From: a virus
DNA: 64,000 nt
Virus record (IMG/VR): IMGVR_UViG_3300017613_000484
Strand: one strand, 5' to 3'
The translations under genes and the position numbers were made by a program. Below, piece by piece: positions 52,291 through 62,761 of the stretch; the stretch's first letter is position 1, and every line of letters begins with the position of its first letter. A model generated the notes under the pieces. The model was not told the DNA's origin, searched no databases, and saw only the letters and a program-made list of their open reading frames with translations.

Positions 52291-53076
52291 ATGGCATTAA
52301 AATTCAAAATTCAATCATTAGAAGAAGTTGCCGCAGAACAGCAAGGTCTTTATGAACCCGCCAAAGATGGAGAAGGCTTCACACTCATGATTGATGGCCT
52401 TCCAACGGACACAATCCCCAAAGAAAAACTTGATGAGTTCCGAACCAACAACATAAAACTGTTCCGTGAAAAAGAAGCCCTGGAAAAGAAGCTGGAAGCC
52501 TTCAGGGATGTTGATCCTGAAGAATATGCCAAGCTGAAAGATATGGCTGATAAAATCGACACCTCCAAATTGCTTGATGAAGGAAAGGTTGATGAGGTTG
52601 TTTCTCAGAAGACAGAACGGATGAGAACAGACTTCATGAACCAGATCAAAGCCCTGTCCGAAAAGATCAAAGAAGCTGAACAGAATGAAGTGAAACTGAA
52701 GAGTGATCTTGGAATCACCAAGATCAACAACGCCATCCAAACCGAAGTGACAAAGGCTTGGAAAATCAAGCCCAACGCCATGAAGCTGATCATCCAAGAA
52801 GGAAAGCAAATCTTCCAACTGGATGACAACAATGAGCCGGTGGCTGTTGACAAAAGTGGCGGAACGATGGTTGGCAAGGATGGCATGACTCCCCTGTCAA
52901 TTCAGGAATGGGTTGAGAATCTCCCTAATGATTTTCCGTTTCTGTTTGAAGAAGGGGAAGGGATCGGATCGAAGAAGGGCGGTCGAAAAGGAGGAAGCAC
53001 AGAACTCCAACGGATCAAGCAAGTGAAAGATCCACAGGAGAGGTTGAGGCTTGCACGGAAAGCGGGTCTTGCCTAA
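52291..53076 (+). CDS. Scaffolding protein (candidate)
   Basis: 261 aa, charged and helical. Lies immediately upstream of the capsid gene, with an AAAGGAGG RBS. Confidence 0.65.
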   Translation: MALKFKIQSLEEVAAEQQGLYEPAKDGEGFTLMIDGLPTDTIPKEKLDEFRTNNIKLFREKEALEKKLEAFRDVDPEEYAKLKDMADKIDTSKLLDEGKVDEVVSQKTERMRTDFMNQIKALSEKIKEAEQNEVKLKSDLGITKINNAIQTEVTKAWKIKPNAMKLIIQEGKQIFQLDDNNEPVAVDKSGGTMVGKDGMTPLSIQEWVENLPNDFPFLFEEGEGIGSKKGGRKGGSTELQRIKQVKDPQERLRLARKAGLA

Positions 53077-53203
53077 GAAGTAAGAAAATCGAATCCAAAA
53101 AAATCCTCTTTACTGCGGAGTGGTGAGAGGTAGGCACGGAGTGCTTCGGTTCACAAGTATTCACTGTTTACTCTAAACCAAATCCGATAAGGAGGATTTT
53201 AAT

Positions 53204-54139
53204 ATGGCTCTCACACTTTTAGAATCTGCCAAGATTGCATTGGGGCGGGATGAGATTGCAAAAGCAACGATCATGGAGCTTTATGCAAAATCCAGCCAGA
53301 TCCTTGATGCAACCCGTTGGGACAACATCTCTGGAAATGCCCTCAAGTTCAATCGTGAAAAATCACTTCCCAATGCTGGCTTCCGTGGTGTCAATGAAGG
53401 CTACACCGAAGGAACCGGTCAGGTTGATCCCATCATTGAATCACTGTGCATTGCAGGCGGTGATCTTGATGTGGACAAGTTCCTTGTTGATACTGCTGGC
53501 AATGATCAGCGAACAATCCAAGAAGGTCTGAAGGTCAAAGCCCTGGCTGGTGCTATGACCAAACAGATTGTCAAAGGCTCTGTGCTGACCGATCCCAAAG
53601 GCTTTGATGGCCTTCAGGTTCGTTCGGTTGGTGATCAGTTGATTGCCGCTGGATCAACTGCCAGTGGTGATGCCCTGTCCCTCACCAGCCTGGATGAACT
53701 GATTGATCAGGTTGATGATGCAACTCATCTGATCATGAACAAGACCATGCGCCGGAGATTGATTGCGGCGGCAAGGAATCCTGCCATTGGCGGTGACATC
53801 CAGTTTGAGTTGAACAATTGGGGTGCAAGGATCACCTCCTTCAATGGCCTTCCCATCATCGTTGTTGAGAAGGATGAAACCTACACAGAGATAATGCCCT
53901 TCACTGAGGCATGTCCTGGCGGCGGTTCCAACCTGGGAACCTCTGTCTACTGTGTGTCAATCACTGACGATGGTTTCACTGGCCTTCAGAACGGTGAGAT
54001 GGATGTTCGGGATCTTGGTGAACTGGAAGACAAGCCTGTTTACCGGACAAGGGTTGAATGGTATGTCACCATTGCCGCCATGAGGGAAAGATCAATCAGC
54101 AGACTTTGGGGAATCAAGGATGCGGCTGTGACTGCCTAA
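53204..54139 (+). CDS. Major capsid protein (candidate)
   Basis: 311 aa with a strong AAGGAGGA RBS. The order portal - MuF - scaffold - this gene is canonical. Confidence 0.75.
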   Translation: MALTLLESAKIALGRDEIAKATIMELYAKSSQILDATRWDNISGNALKFNREKSLPNAGFRGVNEGYTEGTGQVDPIIESLCIAGGDLDVDKFLVDTAGNDQRTIQEGLKVKALAGAMTKQIVKGSVLTDPKGFDGLQVRSVGDQLIAAGSTASGDALSLTSLDELIDQVDDATHLIMNKTMRRRLIAAARNPAIGGDIQFELNNWGARITSFNGLPIIVVEKDETYTEIMPFTEACPGGGSNLGTSVYCVSITDDGFTGLQNGEMDVRDLGELEDKPVYRTRVEWYVTIAAMRERSISRLWGIKDAAVTA

Positions 54140-54207
54140 TCTTTTTTCACCAAGTGAATGCAGTTGATTGATGACTCAAACCAAAGAGACTTTCGGAGGG
54201 ATTGAAT

Positions 54208-54660
54208 ATGTCTACCACAAAAGTTGAAAACAGAGGCAAGATTTTTGATGCTCTGTGTGAACTGAAAGATGCGGGTGCAATCACGGCATCTGCGGCAGGA
54301 ACCGTTGGCGGATCTGCGGCTGTCTATGATGCGGATTCGGCTGAACTGCCTGACAATGCTTGTGCGGTGATTGATGTCTCCGCCTGTGAAGTTGATGACA
54401 CCGATGAACTCTATCACATTGCTATTGAAGGTTCAGATGTTGAGGATTTTTCTGCAACTCTGACTGAACTGGCTGTGCTGGAAGTCGGTGCTGTCGCAAC
54501 CTATCCAGGTGACATTGAGAACACCGTTGGCAGATACATTCTGCCTTTCAGCAACAACAAGGGCGGCGAGTGTTACAAATATCTGAGGGTGAATTGCACC
54601 ATTGCTGGAACGGTGACTCCCGATGGTATCAACTACACTTGTTTCCTGTCCAAGATGTGA
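54208..54660 (+). CDS. Head-associated protein (decoration candidate)
   Basis: 150 aa from ATG 54208 (GGAGGG RBS), directly after the capsid gene. Confidence 0.5.
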   Translation: MSTTKVENRGKIFDALCELKDAGAITASAAGTVGGSAAVYDADSAELPDNACAVIDVSACEVDDTDELYHIAIEGSDVEDFSATLTELAVLEVGAVATYPGDIENTVGRYILPFSNNKGGECYKYLRVNCTIAGTVTPDGINYTCFLSKM

Positions 54661-54673
54661 TGATTGTTCTTGG

Positions 54674-54739
54674 GAGAAAGGCAGACATTGGATGAAGAAA
54701 GGCTGGTGTCTGCCTCTCTCCTTCACCTAATCTTTTTTT
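54674..54739 (+). terminator. Possible terminator/attenuator after the head genes
   Basis: A 14-bp stem with one mismatch (54674-54687 / 54707-54720). The T7 run begins 11 nt later, which is non-canonical spacing. Confidence 0.35.
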
Positions 54740-54759
54740 AATTGCAAGGAGAGAAAATC

Positions 54760-55137
54760 ATGGCTGTCACTCCCAAAAGAAATCCATTAGTGTCCATCAT
54801 TGAGCCTGACGGAACAGAAATTCAAGTCCATCCAATTGATGCCATCGAGATAACCAGAAATGGCCTTGGCAAATACAAGAACATTGCCCAGGCTCCCGCA
54901 AAAGTTCAGGAAGAACTCCAACGAATTGAAAGGCAAGTTGCTTCCGCTGTCACTCCGGCAACTGCTTCCACTGATACACCTTCGGCTCCTCCCCAAGTGG
55001 CTCCTCCTGTAGAGGCTGACACTCAAGGAGAAGATTCACCTGATGGAAAAGGTGATGACTCCGAAGGTGAAGAAACTGCTCCTGCTCCAAAACTCAAACG
55101 AAAAGGGCAGGCAACGGCAGGAACCAAGGAAGGATAA
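54760..55137 (+). CDS. Hypothetical structural-module protein
   Basis: 125 aa from ATG 54760 (AAGGAGAGAAA RBS), with a Pro/Ala-rich centre. Confidence 0.5.
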   Translation: MAVTPKRNPLVSIIEPDGTEIQVHPIDAIEITRNGLGKYKNIAQAPAKVQEELQRIERQVASAVTPATASTDTPSAPPQVAPPVEADTQGEDSPDGKGDDSEGEETAPAPKLKRKGQATAGTKEG

Positions 55138-55143
55138 TTTTTC

Positions 55144-55422
55144 ATGACTAATAAAGTGACTGCAATAATAGATGGGGCGGATCAATGGTCTGACACAATA
55201 TCAATTCCAGCAGGCAACTTCAGCATGTCAGTGGCAGGCACATTCGTTGGAACTATAACTGTGCAAAGAACCTTTGACAGCGGTGTCACTTGGGGAGATG
55301 CAGGAACTTTCACAACCCCAGAAGAGAACACTGGCTTTGAAGGTGCTGGCGCAGATTATAGGATTGGAGCAAAGGCAGGAGAGTTCACTTCAGGTGAGGC
55401 AAAAGTTCTGCTCCTGATTTGA
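55144..55422 (+). CDS. Hypothetical structural-module protein
   Basis: 92-aa beta-rich ORF. Confidence 0.5.
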   Translation: MTNKVTAIIDGADQWSDTISIPAGNFSMSVAGTFVGTITVQRTFDSGVTWGDAGTFTTPEENTGFEGAGADYRIGAKAGEFTSGEAKVLLLI

Positions 55423-55478
55423 TTTCAATTCTCTTCCTTCTGCTTTTAATTTAATTTTAACCAACGGAGGTGTTCCCG

Positions 55479-56975
55479 ATGGCAGGAAATATTTTCAATC
55501 CAGGCGGAGGAGTTTTTGGCGGCGGCGGTGGTGTGTCAACCTTCCTGGCTTTGTCAGATGTTGTTCCAACCGCATACACAGGACAGGCAGGCAATGCCGT
55601 TGTTGTCAATGGCGGTGAGTCTGGGTTGATCTTTGGATCTGGCCCAACCGCACCAAAGTTGGGAACCTGGGATGTCTCCGAAACCTATTCAGCCTTGGAC
55701 ATGGTGAACTATCAAGGTGTGATCTATAAGTGCATTCTTGGTTCCACTGGTGACATTCCTTCTTCCTCTCCAACCTATTGGGAAAGTTTTGGTGGAACTC
55801 CTGCGGGTGCTGATTCAAATATTCAATACAACAATGGTGGTGTGTTCGGTGGGGATGCTTTGCTCATCTGGGATGATGTAGCAAAGAAGATGGGCATTGG
55901 AATATCTCCCACCGCAACTTTTCATGTTGCTGGCGCACAGGATGAAAATGCACAGATTGCCATCAAAGCCTTCACAGGGGATGTTGGTGAAAGCGGTGTT
56001 GTCAATATCATTCGGAGCCGTGGAACGGTTGCCTCTCCCGTTGCCCTCACTTCAGGAGACAGGATTGGTTTGCTTGCTTGGAGAGGTCAGGCGCAGGCTG
56101 GTGATGAACAGATGGCGGCATCCATTGAAGCCTTCACCTCTGAGGCTTGGGATGCTGACAACAATGGAACCTATCTTCTATATAAGATTTGCAAGGAAGG
56201 GGAAAATGCTCCTTCTCTTTATATGAAGGTTGATGAAAATTCCCAGATTGCCGTTGGTGATAGTTCAGCCATTGATCCTTCTTCTGCTTTTGATATTGCT
56301 GGCGTTGGTGGGTTGGCGGCTGTTCTCACATTGAAGAGGATGGATGCAACCACTTCCACAAATGAACCTCTTGGCACAATCCGATTCACAAGCACCGATG
56401 GCGGAGCAACATCCAATCCGCAAGTGGGTGCAACGATCACTTCCGAAGCCACAAGTGCTTGGTCATCTGGTGTCTGTCCTGCTCGAATTGAGTTCTCAAC
56501 TGTTCCCGCTGGATCAGATGTCTTGTCAGTCAGAATGACAATCAAAGAAGATGGTGATGTCAATTTCACTGGCGGAATAAAATTGGGAACCAGAGCCTCT
56601 TTGGTTGCCGGAAGTATGCAATGGACAGGTTCCAACTTCCAAGGATATGACGGAGCCTCATGGATTGATTTGGATCAATCAGGTGGTTCTTCATTCACTC
56701 CGATGATCAAGACAACAACCTACACAGCTTCAGCCGGTGATGAAGTCTATGCTTCAACTGCCGGAGGCATCTGGACACTCACTCTTCCACTCACACCTTC
56801 CTTGGGTGACACTGTGAGAATTGTGAATTTGGACAACTCCTTTGAAACTTACAATCTAACCATCAACCGCAATGGAAGCAACATCATGGGAGTTGGGGAG
56901 AACATGACGGTCAACATCAATGCTTCCTTTTCACTGAAATATTCTGATGCAACCAACGGTTGGGTGATTTTTTAA
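55479..56975 (+). CDS. Tail fibre / receptor-binding protein with CBM5/12-like motif
   Basis: ATG 55479 follows GGAGG. Gly-rich N-terminus. WDVSETYSALDMVNYQGVIYKCILGSTGDIPSSSPTYWE fits the chitin-binding-type aromatic motif common in tail fibres. Confidence 0.7.
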   Translation: MAGNIFNPGGGVFGGGGGVSTFLALSDVVPTAYTGQAGNAVVVNGGESGLIFGSGPTAPKLGTWDVSETYSALDMVNYQGVIYKCILGSTGDIPSSSPTYWESFGGTPAGADSNIQYNNGGVFGGDALLIWDDVAKKMGIGISPTATFHVAGAQDENAQIAIKAFTGDVGESGVVNIIRSRGTVASPVALTSGDRIGLLAWRGQAQAGDEQMAASIEAFTSEAWDADNNGTYLLYKICKEGENAPSLYMKVDENSQIAVGDSSAIDPSSAFDIAGVGGLAAVLTLKRMDATTSTNEPLGTIRFTSTDGGATSNPQVGATITSEATSAWSSGVCPARIEFSTVPAGSDVLSVRMTIKEDGDVNFTGGIKLGTRASLVAGSMQWTGSNFQGYDGASWIDLDQSGGSSFTPMIKTTTYTASAGDEVYASTAGGIWTLTLPLTPSLGDTVRIVNLDNSFETYNLTINRNGSNIMGVGENMTVNINASFSLKYSDATNGWVIF

Positions 56976-56984
56976 GGAGAAAAT

Positions 56985-58478
56985 ATGAGTACACTACAAC
57001 AACATATTGGGGCGGTTCCTGATGTTAGAACTTTGCACACAGCCATAGGTTCTGGTTCCAAAGGTGATTGGCTGTTCCTTGATTCCAACACTGACAAGGT
57101 TGTTGGTGTCAGTGAGTTTGAATCACCCAATTGGTTCAGTGAATATCAGGACACACCCATGTATTCGGCTTGTTGCAAGTTGGATTCTAACAGGGTGATG
57201 GTATTTTTTTATGTGACCAACATTGCTGATTATTTTCTCTTTGCCCGTGTTCTCAATATCAGTGGTGATAAAGTCAGTGCTGGTCAAGCCTATGTGATAG
57301 AGTTGACCAGGGCTTTGAGTTTGGATTGTTGTTTGATTGATACTAACAAAGTGGCCTTTGTTTATAGGGATCAAGGTGATTCGGATATTGGCAAGGCTAT
57401 AATTTTGACTGCTTCCGGTGATATTATTTCTCATGGCGATCCGGTGGCATTCACAGCCAAAACAACCGCCCGATATGGTCATGATATAGATGTTTGCAAA
57501 CTCGACACCAATAAATTTTTGGTGTCATATTCAGACAGGACAACACCCTATCATGGATTTGTTGTGGCTGGCACGGTGTCTGGAACTGTTCCCACCTTTG
57601 GTTCTGAGGTGGATGTCAATTCTGGTGCGGCGGCTGAAGTCCTTCGGTGTTGTCCATTGGGAACGGACAAGGCTCTGACTGTTTTTCGTGATCCAGGCAC
57701 AAGCGGTTATCCAAGTGCGGTTGCTTTGACTGTCAGTGGAACCACAATCACACTTGGCACAAAGCAAACATGGGATTCTGTTTATGGAACTTATTTTGGG
57801 CCGGTTCAAATATCAACTGATAAATTCTTCATAGCTTGGGGCAAAAATTATGCCGCCAATGGTTATGGCATTGTTGGAACTGCTTCTGGGACTGTTCTTT
57901 CATTTGGAACTGAGCAACAATGGTATAGCGGAGCCATTGGCAATGAGCAACTGACTTCTTTTCTAATCGACACTGACAAAGTTGCTATTGTTGGGGAAGG
58001 CCCAACCAATGATCACAACATCACGGTTGGCACCATCTCTGGCACCGTGATGACTTTTGGTTCCGGTGCTTCCTTCCTGTATGAATCTGACACAACGGTG
58101 ACTCATGTTTGGGGATGTCCTTGTGGTGCTTCGAATAAAGTTTTGACGGTGTGGACAGAAGGCTCCGGCAACACTGGCAGAGGCACCACCCGCATAGGAA
58201 GTGTTTCTGGAACAACGGTGTCATTGGCTGATTATAGATACACAGGAATTGCCGCACAAGATTATACGGATGCCGGAACGGTTGAAGTCATGCACAGTGG
58301 GGTTTTGTCTGGGATAAGCAAACCAGGAATGGACAGGTATTATTTGCCAAGCACAACAATGGATCTTGTTGTCCCTAGAATTTTACAACGGCTGGATCTA
58401 AATGCCATTTATCTTGGATATGATTCAATGCCAGGAACAAGGGTGTTGTTTTCAAGAGGCAGAATTTCAGAGGAGTGA
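56985..58478 (+). CDS. Seven-repeat (beta-propeller-like) tail protein, paralog A
   Basis: Seven ~50-aa units of the form C(C)x(L/I)(D/G)T(D/N)K...V(S/T)G(T)...G. Confidence 0.7.
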   Translation: MSTLQQHIGAVPDVRTLHTAIGSGSKGDWLFLDSNTDKVVGVSEFESPNWFSEYQDTPMYSACCKLDSNRVMVFFYVTNIADYFLFARVLNISGDKVSAGQAYVIELTRALSLDCCLIDTNKVAFVYRDQGDSDIGKAIILTASGDIISHGDPVAFTAKTTARYGHDIDVCKLDTNKFLVSYSDRTTPYHGFVVAGTVSGTVPTFGSEVDVNSGAAAEVLRCCPLGTDKALTVFRDPGTSGYPSAVALTVSGTTITLGTKQTWDSVYGTYFGPVQISTDKFFIAWGKNYAANGYGIVGTASGTVLSFGTEQQWYSGAIGNEQLTSFLIDTDKVAIVGEGPTNDHNITVGTISGTVMTFGSGASFLYESDTTVTHVWGCPCGASNKVLTVWTEGSGNTGRGTTRIGSVSGTTVSLADYRYTGIAAQDYTDAGTVEVMHSGVLSGISKPGMDRYYLPSTTMDLVVPRILQRLDLNAIYLGYDSMPGTRVLFSRGRISEE

Positions 58479-58481
58479 ATT

Positions 58482-59936
58482 ATGCTTTTATCCGATCAAA
58501 TCAGAAGCGGTTCAAGGATTGCCAATTCAACGGCTGTGGGTTCCGGCTCCAAGGGTGATTTTGTTGCCATGAATCTTGGTGATGGCAAGGCAACCAAAAT
58601 AATTATTGATGAGTTCATGAACACCTTCAATGATGCCAGCACCGATTTTATTGCCTGCTGTAAGATGGACACCAACAAATTTCTGGTGGTCTATAAAAAC
58701 AATGGTGATACTTTTGGCTATGGCAGAATTGGGGTTGTGTCTGGTGCAACAATTCGTTGGGGAACAGCGGTTGCTTTTCATTCTGCCGCAGGCGGCGCAC
58801 AATACTTGGCTTGCTGTTATGTCAGTGCTGACAAGGCTCTCATAGCCTTCAGCAAAGCATATACATATCCAGGGAATGTGATTGTTGCCTCTGCAAGTGG
58901 AGACACAGTTTCCTATGGCACAGCCGTTGAGTACAATTCCACAAACACAACTGAGGTTGATTGCTGTTTGATAGGAACTGACAAGGTTGCCGTTGCTTTC
59001 CGTGACACAACTGCTCACGGTGAGGTTTGTGTTTGTACTATATCAGGCACAACCATCACGGCTGGAACTCCGGTGACTATTGATTCCGGCAATGATGCTT
59101 TTGATTTGGGCATCTGTCCACTTGGCACGGACAAGCTGATGATTGTTTACCAAGAAAATGCAAGCACCGATGATGGCAAAACGGTTGTGGCAACGGTGTC
59201 AGGCACAGTTCCAACGGTTGGAACTCCGGTGACATTTCATTCTGACAAGTGCTTCACACCTCATGTTTGCCAACTTACAACGGACAAGGCTTTGGTCTTT
59301 GCTGATATTAAAACGAACAGCAAACAACGGTGTTCGGCTTGGGTTGTCAATGTCAGTGGGACGGTTCCCACATTTGCGAAGGAGCATGTTGTTCGCATTG
59401 CCAACAATCAGTACACAAAAGTTTTGGCATTATCCAGCACAAAAGTAATATTTGTTTACAGGGACAGCGGCCAGAATTTTTTTGGCATTGCTATTGGAGC
59501 AACTGTCAGTGGGAATGATATTGTCTTTGGAAAGCCCACCGTTTTCAATCACTATACCACAATGAATATTTGGCCTTGTGCAATTGATACGGACAAAGCG
59601 GTTGTTTGTTGGGAAGATGATGGTGGTGATGATCATGGACAGTCTGGTGTGTTGAGCATTTCAGGCAATGACTTGACTTTGGGTGTCTTCCGGTTTGGTG
59701 GTTTGGCCGCTGATGATTTTACTGACACCAATCCGGTCAGTGTTGTTCTCAGTGGCATTGTTAAAAATATCAGCAGTATGACCTTCAACCATGTCTACCT
59801 TCTTGAAGAGGGAGGCAACCGAATATCAGCACGGCAATCCCATGTCAGCTATACATTTGATGGATATGCAATTGGGAGTGATGTGGACAGTGATGCAAGA
59901 ATGGTCACTGATAGTTTGCTGGCAACTGCTGATTAA
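58482..59936 (+). CDS. Seven-repeat (beta-propeller-like) tail protein, paralog B
   Basis: Same architecture as paralog A, and shared termini (GSGSKGD(W/F) ... G(I/L)AA(Q/D)D(Y/F)TD). Confidence 0.7.
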   Translation: MLLSDQIRSGSRIANSTAVGSGSKGDFVAMNLGDGKATKIIIDEFMNTFNDASTDFIACCKMDTNKFLVVYKNNGDTFGYGRIGVVSGATIRWGTAVAFHSAAGGAQYLACCYVSADKALIAFSKAYTYPGNVIVASASGDTVSYGTAVEYNSTNTTEVDCCLIGTDKVAVAFRDTTAHGEVCVCTISGTTITAGTPVTIDSGNDAFDLGICPLGTDKLMIVYQENASTDDGKTVVATVSGTVPTVGTPVTFHSDKCFTPHVCQLTTDKALVFADIKTNSKQRCSAWVVNVSGTVPTFAKEHVVRIANNQYTKVLALSSTKVIFVYRDSGQNFFGIAIGATVSGNDIVFGKPTVFNHYTTMNIWPCAIDTDKAVVCWEDDGGDDHGQSGVLSISGNDLTLGVFRFGGLAADDFTDTNPVSVVLSGIVKNISSMTFNHVYLLEEGGNRISARQSHVSYTFDGYAIGSDVDSDARMVTDSLLATAD

Positions 59937-59965
59937 ATTTCCCAAGGAAGAAAGGGTGAAAAATT

Positions 59966-60328
59966 ATGGCGGGTTTATTTTCATACCCAGGATTTCTGGG
60001 AGATATAGTCAGGGGTGACACAAGGGATTTCATGATTGCCATCACACAGGATGGATCTGAGGTTGACATCACTGGTGGAAAATTTTATGTCACCATTGCC
60101 GCTGATCTTGATCCTGACACAACTCCTGAGTTGGAAATCCTGATTGATCCTCCCACAGATCCCACTCATGGAAAAACCAGTGGGACAATCTCTGACACTG
60201 AAACCTATGCCTTGGAAGCAAGTGTCTATTTCTATTCTGTTCGGTTCATCAATGCCGCAGGAGCCGCCTATGTTTTGGACATAGGGCAAATCAATATCTA
60301 TGACGGTGTTTCGAGCAGAATTTCATAG
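59966..60328 (+). CDS. Hypothetical tail-module protein
   Basis: 120-aa beta-rich ORF. Confidence 0.55.
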   Translation: MAGLFSYPGFLGDIVRGDTRDFMIAITQDGSEVDITGGKFYVTIAADLDPDTTPELEILIDPPTDPTHGKTSGTISDTETYALEASVYFYSVRFINAAGAAYVLDIGQINIYDGVSSRIS

Positions 60329-60340
60329 GGGGTTTTTATT

Positions 60341-60835
60341 ATGGGCTGTGGATTAGAAGGTGACATTGATGTCAGGAATCTAAACATTGGAATCATTGAC
60401 ACCAATGTTTCAGGCGGTGTTGATGTTGATTCTTTGGAAATTGATTTCTCCGGTGATGCCTATGGCGGAACGATGACTGAAGCCGCCTTGGAATCTCAGA
60501 TTGTCATTGATGCTTTGGAGATTCAGCTTGTTCAGGCGGTGGATTTCCAGCCAACTGTTTTGCCTTCTATCAGAACAACTCTCTTGACCATCACCCAGGC
60601 AATTCCAACTGGTCAAGATTTTTATACAAACAGTGGGGGAACCTACTATGTCAAGGAAAGGGATGATGGTGACTTGAGAGATACTTCAACAAAATTCTTG
60701 GAAGATGAATCAGTTCAGTTCTATCTTAACGGATCAAATCTTGTAAAGGGCGAGCATGTTATTTGGACAAGCCAATGGTCTTTTGTCTTCGGCTTTGCAG
60801 TTGATGTTGGTGACTTTCTAAAAATATTAACCTAA
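60341..60835 (+). CDS. Hypothetical tail-module protein
   Basis: 164 aa. The C-terminus FYLNGSNLVKGEHVIWTSQWSFVFGFAVDVGD is shared with the next gene product. Confidence 0.55.
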   Translation: MGCGLEGDIDVRNLNIGIIDTNVSGGVDVDSLEIDFSGDAYGGTMTEAALESQIVIDALEIQLVQAVDFQPTVLPSIRTTLLTITQAIPTGQDFYTNSGGTYYVKERDDGDLRDTSTKFLEDESVQFYLNGSNLVKGEHVIWTSQWSFVFGFAVDVGDFLKILT

Positions 60836-60851
60836 AAAAGGAGAATGAAAA

Positions 60852-61763
60852 ATGGCGTTGATCAATGAAAGGCATGTTATTGCTGACAGAGCCGGAGATG
60901 AAAAAGGCTTCGGGAACTTTGCAACCCTGATGGACTTCCTGAACAGGCGCAGAGTTCAAATTCAGAATTTTGTGGACACTGACATTGTGGTTTCTGCGGC
61001 TCAGTTCGTTTTGATCAATAGTGCCTTGGTGTCAGGCAACCTTGCGGTTGGAACTGCCACTGAGGAAACTGATGGTGGAACGATGGCGGCAGAACTGGTT
61101 GGTGCGGTTGGGACTGCGGCAACCACAAGCATTGCGGATTCCATTGGCAATGTTCTCAACCTTTGTGACATCCGTGATGCCACAACCCATGATCCGATTT
61201 TGGATGGATCAAACCGGAAGGTCTTTGCTCTTTTCCAATCAGCCAATGGCGTTGCTGATGGAACGGCAATTGGTGCGGCGGCTTCAGAGAACTGCCAGAT
61301 TTCCTTTGTCATCGTTGATGCCACAGGTGCCTTTGCTCTGACCTCTGTGAACGGAACCATTGAACTGGCTTCTCCGAAGGTCTATGCAGAACGGCATCTG
61401 CCAACGATCTACAAGGAAGGCATGTGGGTTGAGTCAGAAGTTCTTGATCCTTCAGCCATTGCTCCTCTGATCCGTTCCTATATTGTCACGGCGAAGTATG
61501 CCAAGGATGAGGTCATCACCGTTTCCACTGGTGCTGGTGGGGTTTCGGGAACGTCAACTCCTTCTGGAGACACAATCGCTTCCCTTGGTGCAAGTGCCGC
61601 CATCTTCAATGCCTCAACCACAACCCATGTCTATCTGAATGGGGCAAGGGCGTTGAAGGGAACTGAAGTCACTTGGTTGTCCACCACAACTTTCAGCTTC
61701 AGCGTGAAGCTGGATGTTGGTGGGACTTCACCCGATTGGTTCCAGGTTGAGGTTGCGGCATAA
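60852..61763 (+). CDS. Hypothetical tail-module protein
   Basis: 303 aa, Ala/Gly/Thr-rich. The C-terminus VYLNGARALKGTEVTWLSTTTFSFSVKLDVGG parallels 60341-60835. Confidence 0.6.
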   Translation: MALINERHVIADRAGDEKGFGNFATLMDFLNRRRVQIQNFVDTDIVVSAAQFVLINSALVSGNLAVGTATEETDGGTMAAELVGAVGTAATTSIADSIGNVLNLCDIRDATTHDPILDGSNRKVFALFQSANGVADGTAIGAAASENCQISFVIVDATGAFALTSVNGTIELASPKVYAERHLPTIYKEGMWVESEVLDPSAIAPLIRSYIVTAKYAKDEVITVSTGAGGVSGTSTPSGDTIASLGASAAIFNASTTTHVYLNGARALKGTEVTWLSTTTFSFSVKLDVGGTSPDWFQVEVAA

Positions 61764-62123
61764 ATGATTTCACAACGCCAAGTCAATGATCTGGTTGTGC
61801 CGGAAGTTTCTCTTGCTCAAGGGACAGGGAGAGAGGATGAAGTTCTCTTTGTCCTTGAGCGAGAAACAACCTACCGGTTCAGGACTTCCTTGGCTCTTGC
61901 TGTCAACGGCTATTCCATTCTTTCCACAGGAGTGAATGGTTTCAGCCGTTGGCAAGCAATCAGTGGCCGCTATGCCAAGTCATATAGAAAGCACAGGATT
62001 CCAACGGATGAATATGCAGAGGTGTTTTCTTCTGACAGGCTTTCGGTAAGAAATCAACCATTAAAAATTGAAGCAGGAGGTCGCCTTGTTCTGAGGGAAG
62101 ATTCCTGTTTTTATGGCGGGTGA
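61764..62123 (+). CDS. Hypothetical tail-module protein
   Basis: 119-aa ORF whose ATG directly follows the upstream stop. Confidence 0.5.
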   Translation: MISQRQVNDLVVPEVSLAQGTGREDEVLFVLERETTYRFRTSLALAVNGYSILSTGVNGFSRWQAISGRYAKSYRKHRIPTDEYAEVFSSDRLSVRNQPLKIEAGGRLVLREDSCFYGG

Positions 62124-62761
62124 TTTTTATGACAATTCCAGCATCTATCTATATGAGGGTTGGAGATGAAACTCCGGCAAGTCCAGAAACCAATCAACTT
62201 TTAGTTTTCTTTGATGATGCCGGAAAGATGTATATTTCTTTTGATGGTTCAACTGCTGAAGTCTATACCACAGAAGATCCTCCTTCTGGCGGTGGTTGGG
62301 CTGTCGGTGCAACTCCTCCTGTTTCACCTTCTGATGGTGATGGTTGGTACAACACAGGTGACAACATTCTTTATGTCTATGATGGATCAAGATCAAAGTG
62401 GCTTTCTTCAAGTGATGTTGTGGTCACACTGGCAAGGAATGGCCTGATCAATAATGGAACCTATGCCTATAGTGGATTGGTGAAAAATTCTAGTTGTGCG
62501 GGAGCAACTTTTCCAAGGGATGCCACTCTTTGCGGAATGTATATAAAGACAAGAAATGCAACGGCAACTTTTGCTTTTTCCTATGAAATAAATTTATCAA
62601 ATGAATGGAGTGACACAATCAGTTCCGCAGGTGAATATTCTGATGATACATTGGACACTGATTTGGATGAAGGTGATCGGGCAAACATTTATTTTTCGGG
62701 GTCTGACACACAGCGGGATGCAGTCTGTCATTTGGTTTTTCGTTGGAGGTACACACCATGA
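62120..62761 (+). CDS. Hypothetical tail-module protein
   Basis: 213-aa ORF with 4-nt overlaps on both sides. Confidence 0.55.
   Translation: MIFMTIPASIYMRVGDETPASPETNQLLVFFDDAGKMYISFDGSTAEVYTTEDPPSGGGWAVGATPPVSPSDGDGWYNTGDNILYVYDGSRSKWLSSSDVVVTLARNGLINNGTYAYSGLVKNSSCAGATFPRDATLCGMYIKTRNATATFAFSYEINLSNEWSDTISSAGEYSDDTLDTDLDEGDRANIYFSGSDTQRDAVCHLVFRWRYTP

Noticed and set aside
56985-59936. A diversity-generating retroelement acting on the paralogous propeller genes.
   Set aside because: No reverse transcriptase gene is in the window, and no near-identical template/variable repeat pair exists. The paralogs differ throughout, not only at adenine positions.
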